Shown piece after piece: positions 37,721-50,870 of a stretch of DNA of 64,000 nt (within the stretch, counting starts at the first letter, position 1; each line of letters begins with the position of its first letter). The notes beneath the pieces are model-generated. The model made no database searches. It was not told the origin of the DNA and saw only the letters and a program-made list of their open reading frames with translations. Source of the DNA: Sphyrna mokarran (lineage: Eukaryota); the NCBI GenBank assembly GCA_024679065.1, contig JAGIQG010000021.1:41106001-41170000 (forward strand), read 5' to 3'. The position numbers were made by a program, and so were the translations under genes.

Positions 37721-38451
37721 TTTAGAATTTGGGAAATTCAGAATTGAAGTTGCCTTTGCAACAGAATACTGAGGCTGAATGAGTGGCGATCATAAATATC
37801 CAACCAGTAGTGTAATTTTGTGACTTATGCTCGTTCTAGCTTGTATTTGGGCTGGCCTGAAGTTATAACTCCCACATTACAATGGAGCTATTGCCGAAGA
37901 TGCCGTATTAATGATGCCTTGGTTAAACCATGGAAGATTTGATTTAGAATTGTTCCCAGCAACTGAGAATTGGTGTTTCTTTTCTAATAATACAGTTGTG
38001 GCCTGTACATTTATTTATAAATTCAATATCTGGAACTAAAGTATTTATAACAAAATGTAAATTATTAGTCTTGCATGTCCTTTTAATAATGGCATATCCC
38101 AAATAGGTTGGGATTAATTAGTGTATAAAACAAGTATGCAAAATTTAGATTTCATTGTATTGAAAAAATACAATGAAGTAATTTCATTTGAAACTGATAT
38201 TTTCAGTGTAATTTCACAGCATCAACTTCTGCTCACAGCAAGCATTCAAATGTTATTGCCAGCTTGGCATTCTTCAGTTTTCAGTTTAATGTAGCCACAG
38301 ATAAAGTATAATAGGGTGGCTGTTTAATTTCAACTCAGCATTCAGGTAAAATTTGAAGGTAAAAATACAAGTACTGTCATTACTAGATGTCTACAGTAAA
38401 CCAGGTGTGTAGTCCCGTAACATAATGGTAGTGATTACATTATTTTGTATG

Positions 38452-38950
38452 TGGTAGCATCATGGTTAAATTATTGGGAATTTAGAAGCCGAGGTTAATC
38501 CAAAGATGAGGGGTCAATCCCACCATAGTTGATGATGAATTTGCTTAGTTTCTTACAAGAACAAAAAGCTTCTGGTCTCCATGTAATGACCAGATTGTAG
38601 TGAAAACCCACCTTATTTACTAATGCCCTTTGGGGAAGGAATTTGGTCATTGTACCACATGTGACTTTATAATCACAGTAATGTGATTTATCCTGATCTT
38701 GTTAAGAATTCATTTGTGAGATATGAACATCACTAGTAAGATCAACATTTATTACACATCCTTAATTACTTTTGCAAACCTGCACTGAAATGGCCAAGGC
38801 AGCCACTCAGCTGTATTGAAATCTCTGTAGGAAAAGCTATTATGGATTGCAGTGGTTCAAGAAGGCAGCTTACAGCTGACTTTTCAAAGGCAGTGTGGGA
38901 TAGTCAAGAAATGTTGGCCTTAAGTATGTGTTTAGAATAAATTTGAAAAA
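38452..38950 (+). mobile_element. Decayed Deu-SINE-like element with an inverted tail piece at about 38700-38775
   Basis: Similar to 20788-21150 (ctaatgccctttgggga, agtaatgtg). Confidence 0.6.
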
Positions 38951-39070
38951 ATCCAGTTTTGGCTGTGCACTGCCACTCAGACACAAACCTGTGCTGTGCT
39001 GCTAGTTCAGTGACAAACTCAGTATGTCTTATTTGGTTAGTTTGAAATGATGAAATGAAATGTCAATGTA

Positions 39071-40272
39071 ATTTTTTTTTTTTTTTTAAAGCAACACAGC
39101 ACGGGAAACAGGCCCTTCGGCCCAACGAGCCCGCGCCACCGTAATACCAAATCATTATCCTATTTTAATAGTCCTATATAATAGTATATATATTAATCCT
39201 AATTTGGAAAATTTTCACCATAGGGACAATTTGTTACCCAATCAGCCTAAGAGCGAATTTTTGGGTTGTGGGAGGAAACCGGAGTGCCCGGAGAAAACCC
39301 ACGCAACCACGGGGAGAACGCGCAAACTCCCGCAGACACCGGCCCAATTCCAAGTGTCTGCACAGCCACATCGATAGTCTCTGAGCTGTCATGGTGCCCT
39401 TCAGATGGTCCACATAAAGCACTCATATACGACATGAGGTACCAGGCAACCCATGAATCAACATCCAAGAGCTGTACCCGCACCACCTGCCGAATGCGTG
39501 CTCAAGTTGGTCAATTATGGACCGAATTACCTGTGGAAAAAAGCCGTAGTTAAACAGTCCTAATATATCCCTCTATCTGCATACCGCTCATGTGGCTGTC
39601 CAAGAGACCCTTAAACAGCCCCAGCGTGCCTGCTCCCACCACCTTACTCGGCAGTGCATTCCACACCCCCACTACCCTTTGTGTGAAAAACTGCCCTCTA
39701 ATATTCGTCCTATACATAGCCCCCCTCACCCTATGGCCATGACCTCTCGTCCTATCCATTTCTAAAGGTGGAAAAAGTTTACCTCCATTTACTCTATCTA
39801 TACCCCTTATAATCTTATACACCTCTATGAGATCCCCTCTAAGCCGACGTCTTTCAAGGGAAAACAACCCCAGTCTATCTAATCGTTCCTCATAGGACAG
39901 TCCTTCCATACCAGGCAGCATCCTGGTAAACCTCCTCTGCACTCTCTCCAAGGACTCCACATCCTTCCGATAGTACGGAGACCAGAACTGGGCGCAGTAT
40001 TCCAAGTGAGGCCTAACCAAAGTTGTATACAACTGCAACATCAAACTCCTACTCTTATATTCTATACCCTTTTCTATGAAAGCTAACATACTATACGCCT
40101 TCTTTGTCACCTTCTCCACCTGTGAGGACACCTTCAGAGACTTGTGAACCTGCACCCCCAAGTCTCTCTGCGTCTCTATTGTCCTTATAGTTTTACCTTT
40201 TATCCTATAATTCTCTTCTACATTTTTCCGGCCAAAATGCATCACCTCGCATTTTTCCGGATTAAATTCCAT
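39071..40272 (-). mobile_element. Young CR1 3' portion with V-SINE module in 3' UTR, copy C (second subfamily)
   Basis: Intact 240-aa ORF2 C-terminus (39550-40272), V-domain about 39245-39345, same tail as copies A/B, then an A-run. Confidence 0.92.
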
Positions 40273-41147
40273 TTATACATTCCAAGTAATACATGACTTG
40301 TTTCTCAAGTGGCAAAATAAACGTGTTCCTCAAAGTGGAAAAGGTCATGTATGTGTTTTCTTTTGGAGATGTAGTTAATGTGTAAACATGTAGGGAAAAT
40401 GTAACTTATTCCTATATTCCTACAACTTATTTGGAAAGATAGTGGAAAATCTTCATATTTATTCATTTGAAACAGGCCCAATTTCCCCAAATAAATAAAA
40501 TCTTGCTATGGCCAACACTTTGTCCTGGGGAACCAGTAACCATGGTGTTTGCTCAGGAAATGGACCATATATATCAGAAATTTCCGGATTCACTTTCTAA
40601 TCTGTGCACAGTTAACTAAGTTAGTTGGGGATGACAAAATTAACGCTGCAATCAGCCCATGTTCTTGGTAAGGGAAGAGAAAATTCATTGGAGTTCCCAT
40701 TCCAGATCGCTATCTGGTGAATTCTATTTGGTATTGGATGATGAGACAGTTAAGCTCAGCTGCTTCCCTCCAGCTGTCATTTGCTTTGCAAATCTGTTTG
40801 CTAAGTTGTAATTGTTTTACTATACAAAGTACAGAGTGTTGATGTTTTGCAATTCCAGAATCTTGGGCAAAATCTGTATTGAGACAATTGTTGCTGAAAT
40901 TTGTCACAGGGAAGACAGCAGTAGAGCAAAATGGTATCCCTAAGCATGCCAAATTTACTTCCATTTTAAAAAACAGTCCTCATTTTCCTTCCATTGATGT
41001 TGCGCATCACATTATAAGCTTGAATACTTGTAAAATTGAATAGATCTGTATGTTGAGAAAAGGTACAGTATTTAGGACCTAGTGGATAGTATGATTTTAG
41101 TACAGTATCTTTTCTGCTTTCTTATTTCTCCTCTTTCTTTTAAACAG

Positions 41148-41253
41148 TTAAACGCAAAGCATTGAAGTTGAATTTTGCCAACCCAGCCATCAAGACAACA
41201 GCGAGGCTTCCACTAAATCCAACAGGAGGAGTTCATTTTCAGAACCCACACAT
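41148..41253 (+). CDS. MAP2K4: MAP2K4/MKK4 exon encoding the MAPK docking (D) domain
   Basis: Long polypyrimidine tract + cag acceptor, gtgagt donor. 106 nt reads xKRKALKLNFANPAIKTTARLPLNPTGGVHFQNPH(I), matching human MKK4 KRKALKLNFANPPFKSTARFTLNPNPTGVQNPHI. Confidence 0.95.
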
Positions 41254-42539
41254 GTGAGTCAAGTCTTCTAGCTTTGCAATTTACAACATTCATTCAGATT
41301 GGTAATGTTTGCATCCAACAATACTGGAGCATTCTTGTCCACCCGTTTTTTATTAATCCGGCAGAGATGATGGGTCTGTTAACAGTCTCCGTTAGCAATT
41401 TTCTCTATTCAGACTATAGAGGTGATTCATATATCTCAACCTGAGAATTCTTGCTCTTATTGATTTAGGTGTCTTATTGTTCACTCAGTGCTTTGTTTGA
41501 TGACTAAACGAAAATCAGCACTTGCTACTGTAGGGATGCCATAGCAAAGATTCTTTTTGCTGGAGCACTGCCAAATAATGTTCAGTAGAAATCAATGGGT
41601 TAATTAGTCAAAGTTATTACAACTGAAAATCATGGTACCAACTATTGTTTATAATTTAGAATTCGCTATGAAAATATTGAACAGTTTCAACTTCCTATTT
41701 TATATATGTTGTATGGTATTACAGATTTCCATTTGCACATTTTATTTTGTAATATGCAGTAAATATAGGATGAAAAAGCTTTTCAGAAACATCAATGTTT
41801 GTTGTTTGAAACATGGACCACAACTGATAGTTGGTATTCTATCAGATATCGAGTCCCATTAGTCAGAGACAAACTCCCTTTGTAGCAATGCTTTTGAACC
41901 TGTACAAAGAATAAATAATGTCATCTTATCCTGTGGTTATTTCATTATTTTTCAATTAATATTTTTGCTTTCATGGCCTACCCTTTTTCCGGAACATGTC
42001 ACTAGCCTAAAGCTAGAATGTTACATCTGCCTCATTGTATCTTGAGATGCTACTAAGTCTAAATAATATCTTGCATGTATACTTGTTTTTTAAGAATGGA
42101 ACAAAATTTCTGATAAACAGTACAATTTTTAGTTCTAAATGGTTCAGTGCTTCCCTTAACCATAAGGTCCAAATTGAAGCTCTGGTTTGTTCCGATTTAT
42201 TCTGTAGACTTTACTAGTGGTGGTGACACTTAAGTTCTGAGGAAGCAGACTGTCCTTTGTGATAGAAGTGCAGTTCATGCCATCATTTTAAAATCATGTT
42301 GAAAGCAGACATAGACGCTATCCTTCTAAGATGGTTAAGGTAGTTAATTTAAAAAAATTCAGCATTGGAGGAAAGAAATTGGTTTTGCATATGTTTGAGA
42401 ATATGTTGAGACTACTGAACTTGATCACTATAAAATGTTCCAAAAGAAGTGTATTCTGAATCAGGCATTATTGAGAAAACTGATCACTCAATAACGCATT
42501 TTCCAAGTCTTTACATGGTTTGGTGATCACTTGCTAAAG

Positions 42540-43335
42540 AGTGATTATCCACCTAAGAAACTCTATCACTGGTCATAGGTACTGTGGGTCCTTGCATGGT
42601 TGCTGAGCCCAATCTTAGAGCCACATCTCTGACTGCATACTTGAAAGGTGATTTGGGAGGTGGGCTTAATCCTTGGATTCTAAGTTGCTGGCATTTCTTT
42701 CTCAGGCTCTCTTTCTAGGCCTCCTCTTGCCATTGGGTGCTTTCAAAGAATTATATCCCTTCAATCAGGAGATTCCTCTAAGTAGGTTTCTTCTGAACAG
42801 TGATCTCCCAGATATTGATGTACATGTTGCATTTCTTGAGGTAAGCCTTCAAGGTGTCTTTGAAACTTCAGCTATAATACAGAGTAACTAGTAACATGGG
42901 GGTTTCTTAGGTGGACATCCAAACTTGTTGGTGATCGCCAATACATACAAAGATTCAGAAAATACATGCAGTTATTGATTTCAGTTTTCCAATAATGCCT
43001 GATTAAGAGTGCACTACTAAAACATTTTCTAATGATCAAGTTCCTTTCTCCTTATGCTTGGGTTCCTTTCTTGAGCTGGGCAAAGAGGGTTTGCTTTGGC
43101 AGTCAGGATTCCGACATCGTAAACATGTGGCTGGCCCAGTGGAGTTGGTTTCGGATGATCACAGCCCTGAAGCTGATGCTCTTGGCTCCATCAAGGATGC
43201 TGATGTTAGTATGCCTGACATCCCAACTGATGCAGTGAATATGTCTCAGACAGCATTGATGGTACATCTCCAGGTTCTTTAGGTGGCGTTTGTGCAATGT
43301 CCACATTTCGGAACCGTACAGCAGACTGTAATGAC
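42540..43335 (-). mobile_element. RTE-clade LINE 3' end
   Basis: WTLHKRHLKNLEMYHQCCLRHIHCISW...QLHWASHM, typical RTE C-terminus. Confidence 0.75.
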
Positions 43336-44454
43336 AAGAAGAGTAGAGAAATATGCATCACTTTATTAATAAGAAAAGGTTGTTCTTAAAACTATTCAAT
43401 GTACTGGCTTTTTTAGTATTAATTGACATGCTTGTATGATGGGATTATATTGAAGTAAAATGTATTCCAGGGTTCAACTGATGAAGTTAAAGGGTGGATT
43501 TTAGTTTAATACATTGATGACCCAATTTTCATAACATGTCAAACATTTTCTGAAGAGGATCCTAATTAAATGGAGGAATAATATAGACCTGGGCTTTTGC
43601 ATGTGCAGGGCATAGTTTCAGTTTGCAGATGATATGCAAGTCATTACTCGTAAACAGTAGCAGAATTGAGGATATGTGGATAGATGCATCAGAAAAGCAA
43701 AGTAATGCATTTGGAAGTAAGAGGCAATATTAATTAAATGGTACAAATTTATACAGGAGACAAGAACAGAGGATCAAGGTGTACTTGTCGACAAATCTTT
43801 GAAGATACTGAGACAAATTAAGAAGGTCGTTGATAAAATGTGGGACCCTTGGCTTTACAAAAAGAGGTAGAGAGTAAAAATGCGAGGAGTTATGACTGAC
43901 CCTTCTAAATCATGGCTAGCCCTCGGTTGGAGCATTGCATTCATTATTGGACACTGCCCTTTGGGGAGCATGCCAAGGCCTTGGGGAAGGCTGAGGAGAC
44001 TTAATAGAATGGACCAGACTTGAGATTCGTCATTTACATAGGGACAAATCTGCAAATTTTCATCATTTGAAGGATCAAACAATTTTGTAGGAATTGGTTT
44101 GTGTTGGTGTATTGTTTGGCATTTCCTTGAGTCTCTTCATGGCACATTTTTCCTTTGCATGATGAGATTTGTTGGTCTGAAATATAATATGAATGCCGAA
44201 GGGAGGTTGGCTTATTGTTTCAAAGTAGTGTAGAGTTTGTTTTTTAAAAAAGTGTTTACAAGAATTATTCGTCTTCCATTTTGGAAAATGTTTGCTAGAG
44301 TATGGGGATTTTCACGTAACTTCATTACGGTATGAACGTAAGCCTACTTGTGACTAATAAATAAACATTCTGCATTTTACATTTTATTAAAATGTATTTA
44401 TTTATTTGTCTTGCATTATTGGTCTCCTAGCCAGTCATGTCCAGTACAGAGAAA

Positions 44455-45470
44455 GAGAAGGTTGCAATGGAAGGGTACATTCCTGAATGGAGGATTGTGA
44501 CTATTGGCATTCCTCAGGGATCAGTGCTGGGGCCTTTGCTGCTTGTAATATACATTAATGATTTGGAGGAAAATGTAATTGGTTTGATTAGTAAGTTTGT
44601 GGATGACACACAGATTGGTGGATTTGCAGAAAGCAATGAGGACTGTTCGAGGATGCAGCAGGATATAAATCAGTTGGAGATTTTGCTGGGGTGCTGGCAG
44701 ATGCAGTTTAATCTGAACAAATGTGAGGTGATGCATAATGGAAGACTGATACAGCTGGGAAATGTACAGTAAATGGCAGAACCCTTAAGTGTATTAAAAG
44801 ACAGAGATCTGGGTGTATTGGTGCAAAAGTCACTAAAAGAAGCAACTCGGGTTGAGTAGGTCGTCAAGAAGGCATATGGCATGCCTGCCTTCATTGGCCA
44901 GGGCACTGAGTTTAAAAATTGGCAAAGCCATGTTGCAGCTTTATAGAACTTTGGTTAGGCTGCACTTGGAATATACTATTTGATTCTGGTCATCTCAGAA
45001 GAACGGGCAAACTTTGGAGAGCTTACAGAAAAGATGTACTAGAATGTTGCCTGGCACCAAGGACATTAGCTGTGAGGAGAGGTTGGAGAAATTTCATTTG
45101 TTCTCACTGGAATGATGCAGGTTGAGGGACGACCTGTTAGAAGCCTACAAGATTGAGGGGCATGGATAGAGTGAATAGTCACAAGCTTTTTCCCCAGTGT
45201 AAAAGAGTCAATTACAAGGCAGCATAGGTTTAAGGGGCAAGGTTTAAAGGAGATATGAGGCAAGTTTTTACGCAGAGGGTGGTGGGTGCCTGGAACTTGT
45301 TGGGAGAAGTAGTGGAAAGTACAGTAACTTGAGGGACTCTGGACAAATACATGAATAAGATGGGAATAAAGGGATGTGGTCCCCAGGAGAGTAGGGGGTT
45401 TTAGTTCAGATGGGTTGCTTGGTTGGTGTAGGCTTGAAGGTACTGATTCTGTGCTGTAATTTGTTCTTTG
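44455..45470 (+). mobile_element. CR1 3' portion
   Basis: PQGSVLGPLL, SKFVDDT and tail. Confidence 0.85.
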
Positions 45471-46549
45471 TACAATGAGAATTCCAAGCAGAATTTGCAT
45501 TTCTATTTAGGCTCTTTTTAAGTTAGTTTTTGGTAGTCATTTCCATTAGGTTCAGAAACTGAATGCTATAGTGCTCACATTTACCACTTTTCTTTCTTTA
45601 GTTTCTTATATTGTACGCTGATGTTTTCTGTAGAGCTAGGCCTGCCTAAAAACAAGGCTTGGAACTTGCAGCTGCAGTGGGTAAAGACTTCATATCTTTA
45701 GAAATGAAATGGACGAGGTTTGTGATAAAAATAAAGTGCTGGAAACATTTGGGATTGCAAAATGTGTAACTTAGAAAGTATGTAATTCTGGAACTAGTTA
45801 TTATACTTCATTGTAATTACCTTTGTATTTTCATCCTGGCCAACAGTGTGGCTTTTGTTATATATAAACTTCTGACTTGCTGAGGAAAGCAAGGGACTTG
45901 CAGCACTTCATTTGTAGTGTCTCACAACTGTGTTAGAAAAGAAATATAAGCATTTTGCAATTTATTGCCTCTGGATATCGGTAGAGCATTACATTTACAA
46001 AATGTATATTAATGCTTGTCTTTCAGAGTATTGTGTGTACCTCTCCTCTGTTTAATACAAGTGCATATAGCTGCTTTCCTGCATTTTAGTTCTGTGGCTT
46101 CAGTTTTTGTCATATGGGTGTGTTGAATGTTTGTCAGGACTATTTAATTCTGTGGTGCTTAACTATTGCTTACAATTGTTGTACTTCTGTTCCAATTTTC
46201 TGACTTAATGGAGTAAATAGGGTAATAATTATTAAAATTTCCATATGTGAATAAGATCATGCTGTCATGCACTGGGCTGGGGGGGGCAGGTGGGATGGGG
46301 ATGAGGTGGGGTTCAGTGAGATAAATGAGGAAGTTGCCTTGTGACATTAATCACTTGTGCTACAAATTAAATTGAGTTTCATTTGGCTCAAGAAGTGACA
46401 GTGTGGAACTTGATTCCACTACTTTTTTCTTTCAAAATCATTAAATTTTGCAGCATGGCTGGTAGCCATTCAGCCCATTGCATTTGTTTGCTTGAAGGAG
46501 GTGTTGTGTTTATTTACTTGAAGTTATGAAATATTCTTTCACACACAAA

Positions 46550-49500
46550 GTAGTGCATGAGTAGGCCATTGAGCCCTTTGAGGCTGCTTGGTTATTTAAT
46601 ATGATCATAGCTGATACTCAAGTGCCTCATACTCTTTGTTCAGAATTTTATATGTTTCCATGAGATTTCCCACCCCCTCTTTTTAATCACCAGTAAACAC
46701 AGGCCCAATCAACCCAGTCTCTCTCCATATGACAACCCTGCTGTCCCAGGGGTCAGTCTGGTTAACTTTTGTTGCATTTCCTCCATGACTAGTATATCCT
46801 TTCTTGGGTAAGAAGATGAAAACAGCACACTAACTGTGATCTCACCAAGTCTGTGTACAGCTGCAGCAAGATATCCTTCCTCCTGTATTCAGCAATGAAG
46901 ACCAACATATCATTAGCTGCCTCAACTGCTTGCTGCACCTGCATGCTTGTTTTCAGTGATTGGTGTGCAAGGACAATCTATCACTATTTAAATAATACCC
47001 TGCCGTTCTGTTTTTCCGACCCAAAGTGGATAACTTCACACTTAGCCATATTACACTGCATCTGCCATGTATTTTCTCACTCAGCCAACTTGTTTAAATT
47101 GCCAGTGAAACCTCTTTACATCCTCCTCACCACTCACTCCCACCAATTTTCATGTCACCAGCAAGCTTGGAAATGTTAAACTTGCCTTCCTTGTCCAATT
47201 TGTTAATGTGTATATTGTGAATAGCTGGTGCCCAAGCACTGATCCCTGCAGTGTGCCAGGAGTCACAGTCTGCAATTCTGAAAAATTCTCATTCCTATTT
47301 TGTTTCCTGCCTGCTAACCAATTCTCAACACATGCCAATATATTAACCCTAATCCCATGCACTTTAATTTTGCACACTAACCTCTTGTGTAGAACTTTAA
47401 AGACTTTCTGAAAATGCAAATAGGCCACATCTCGTTGTTTTGTCCTATGATTCTGCCAGTTGCATTCCCACAAAAAGACTCCAGTAGGTTTGTCGAATAT
47501 GATTATCCTTTTATAAATCCACATTTGTCTAATCATGTTGATATTTTCTAAATGTCCTGTTAACACTGACTTTATTATAAGGTCCTAGGATTTTCTCTAC
47601 TGCTATTAGGCTAATCAATCCATAATTCTCTTTTTTTTTTTCTCCCCCTCTTTTTCAAATAGTGGTTACATTTGCCACCACTAATCTGCCAGGCCTGTTC
47701 CATAATGTGTAGAATTTTGAAAGATAACAACCAACGCAACCACTATTTCCATGGCCACCTCCATTTGTAGCCCAGGGTGTACATTATTCAATCCCCCTAA
47801 TTTCTCCAGCACTTATTTCATGCTAACTTCCTTTAATTCCTCCTCACTAGGCCCTTGGTTCTCTAGCATTTCTGAGAAGTCAATTGTGTCTTTCTCCATG
47901 AAGCCAGAACTAAAGTAGTTGTTTAATTGGTCTGACAATTCCTTGTTCTCTATTGTAAATTCTCAACGTCGGATTGTGATCTGCATTTGTCTTTGCTAAT
48001 TGTTTTCTTTTTGCATACTTACTAAGCTTTTTATAATCTGTTTTCATGTTCTTTGCAAGTTTACCGACTCATCCTACTTTTTCCCCTCCTAATTAATGTC
48101 TTTGATCTCCTTTGTTGAATTCTAAACTGCTCCCAATCCTCAGGCTTGATTTTTTTTAGAAACATTATGACTCTTTTGGACTTCGTATAATACCTAACTA
48201 CTTTTGTTTGCCATGGTTAGGCTGCTTTTCCAGTTGTTTTTGTGCCAGGAGGGAATATATAGTTGCAATGCATACATTTGTTACTTAAATATTAGTAACA
48301 AGTCTCACAACATCAGCCCAAAATAAAATAAAGCCCAACAGGTTTATTTTGTAGGACAAGCTTTCAGAGTGTCACTATTTCAGGTGAATGAGGAGTGGTG
48401 TTTACAAACAGGGCATATACAGACACAAACTCAATTTACAAGATAATGCGAGTCTTTAATCAAGCCTTAAAGGTGCTCACAATGTGGGTGGAGGGCGGGT
48501 TAAGCACAGACTAAAGAGGTGTATATTGTCACCAGCCAAGAATGTTAGCGAGACCCTGTGAGCCACAGGGTTGGGGCCACAGACAATGACATGATCCATG
48601 ATCCAAGATCCCAGTTGATGCCAACCTCGTGTGGAACTTGCCCATCAGTTTTGGCTATCAGTTACAGAAACTGATAGCCAAATTCCGCATGCATGAGGAC
48701 AGCCTCAACCAGGATCTTGGGTTTATATCACACTGTCTGTGGCCTCCATGCCTTGATGTGGAGATGCTGGCATTGGACTGGGACAAACACAGTAAGAAGT
48801 CTCGCGACGCCAGGTTAAAGGCCAACACGTTTATTTGGTAGTAAACACCACTAGCTACCCCTTCATCAGATGAATGGGGAGTTCGCCTGGGCTTGAGGAG
48901 TCTCACTAACTGTCCAAGCTGGAGACAATACACACCTCTTTAACCTATGCTTAACCCTCTCTCCGTTCACATTGTCAGTACCTTTAAGACTTGATTATCT
49001 ATAACCTCTTGCATTCCAACCATTATGTTGTAAATTGAGTTTGTCTCTATACATGCTCAGTTTGTGAACACAACTCCTCACTCATCTGAAGGAATGACAC
49101 TCAGAAGTTGTGCCAACAAATAAACCTGTTGGACTTTAACTTGGTGTTGTGAGACTTCTTACTGTGCTTACTCCAGTTCAACGCTGGCATCTCCACACCT
49201 TTAAATATTAGCTATTTCCTATCTACCAAATGACTTTTAATGAAATTCTCCAATCTATCTTGGCCAACACAAGCTTTGTACCTTTGTAGTTTTCTTTGCT
49301 TAAAGTTAGGACTCTAGTTTCAGATTGGGCTACTTCACTTTCTGTCCAGATGAATAATTCAGTTATGTTGTTGTCATTGTTCTCTGAACAACAAAATTAT
49401 TAATTACCCTTTCTCATTGTACAGTGCAAAATCCAGGATAGCATTTCCTTAGTTGGTTCCTCAATGTACTGGTCTGTAAAAATCTATCTACCATAGTAGC

Positions 49501-50870
49501 ATTGTTAATTTGGATGTTCAGTTTATATGTACATTAAAGACACCATGATTACTGTAGCACCCTTGTTGCATGCAAATGCCACATCCTACCTTACTCCTAC
49601 TATTTGGAGGCCTTAGGAGGATTTCCACTAATGTTTTCTGTCTCTTGTTGCTTCTTAACTCCACTCAAACTGATTCTACATTTAGATTACTGAACTCGTA
49701 TCCTACTGTACTGATTTCATCCTTAACTAACAATACCACTTCCTCTCTCTTACTTTACTGGCGCTTCCTGAGTATCAAGTACCCTTGGATATTCAGTTCC
49801 CAGCCTTGATCATCCTGCAACCACGTTTATGTAATCATTATCATATAGCTGTATACGTCAGTTTGTGCTGTTAATTCATCTACCTTATTAGGAATGCATT
49901 CGTTATAGTGCCTTTGCACTTGTCTTTTAAGCATTTTTGCGCATTTATATTTGTGCTATAGTCCTGCTTCCTGCTAGCTCTTATTTTCTTCTCCCTACTT
50001 TGTTTCATTTTTATCTTTGTTTCCTTCTTTTGTGTCTCTCCCCATTCATGTTCCCATCACCCTCTCTTAGGTTGCAACTGGTCTAGGTTGTATTGGTCCT
50101 CAGTGTTGGTCCCAATCGAAATCCATCTCTGTAGCCACTCATTCATCTAGTCAATTTTACTGTTCTACTTGTGATCTTGCTAGTGACTGGCAGTGGGAGT
50201 AAATCTTAGATTGTTATCTTTGAGGTCTGCTTTCTGATTTATTCTCTAGCTCCATGTATTCTGCTTTTAGAACTACACCCCTCCTTTTACCTACGCCATT
50301 GATACTGATATGGACCGTGGCCTTTGGGCTATTCACTCTTCCTTCAGCATATCCTGCAGTTACTCAATGATATCCTTGACTCTGGTGCCAGAGAGGCAAC
50401 ATACCATCCTGGTATCACATCTGTAGTCACAGAAACATCTTGTCTGATTCACTTGTGATTGAATCTTCTATTGCTGTCCCACTTTCTCTTTCTCCATTGT
50501 GATATTGCTGCTTTTGCTGCAATCCCCTGAGAAACCATCTCCCTGAGTGATATCCAAAACGGAAAATCTATTGGAAAGGGAGATGGACCCAGGGGACTCT
50601 TGCTCTACCTGCCTAATGCTTTCATTCTGTCTGGCAGTCACCCATTCCCTTTCAGCCTATGCACTATTTACCTGCAGTGTATGTAAAATCAATGATCTCA
50701 TGCTTGAGCATGCTCCACAGTGATTCCAGTTGCAGCTCCAGCTCTGAAACCCAGATTTCAAGTAGTTGCAGCAGGAAACATTTCCTGCACAGCTCTGGAC
50801 ACTGGAAATGGCCCAAATTTGCCACATTCCACTGGGCAAGCATTCCAGTTAGCTGAGCTTATGCCATGAC
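46550..50870 (-). mobile_element. Near full-length, highly decayed CR1 (ORF1 remnant, APE, RT, tail) interrupted by a Penelope insert
   Basis: RT remnant 47150-47566. ORF1-like MVCCL.GARVKDI near 50370-50410 and Cys-rich N-terminus GMWQIW...SSV near 50760-50840. Confidence 0.7.
48296..49200. mobile_element. Fold-back Penelope-like element remnant
   Basis: GIY-YIG C-terminal peptide QKLIAKFRMHEDSLNQDLGFISH, inverted pLTR-like arms, TSD ttaaatattag (48285-48295, 49201-49211). Confidence 0.8.

Noticed and set aside
38700-38950. Inverted SINE tail as a fourth local inverted duplication
   Set aside because: Arms are very diverged and share no flank sequence. An independent tail insertion explains it equally well.
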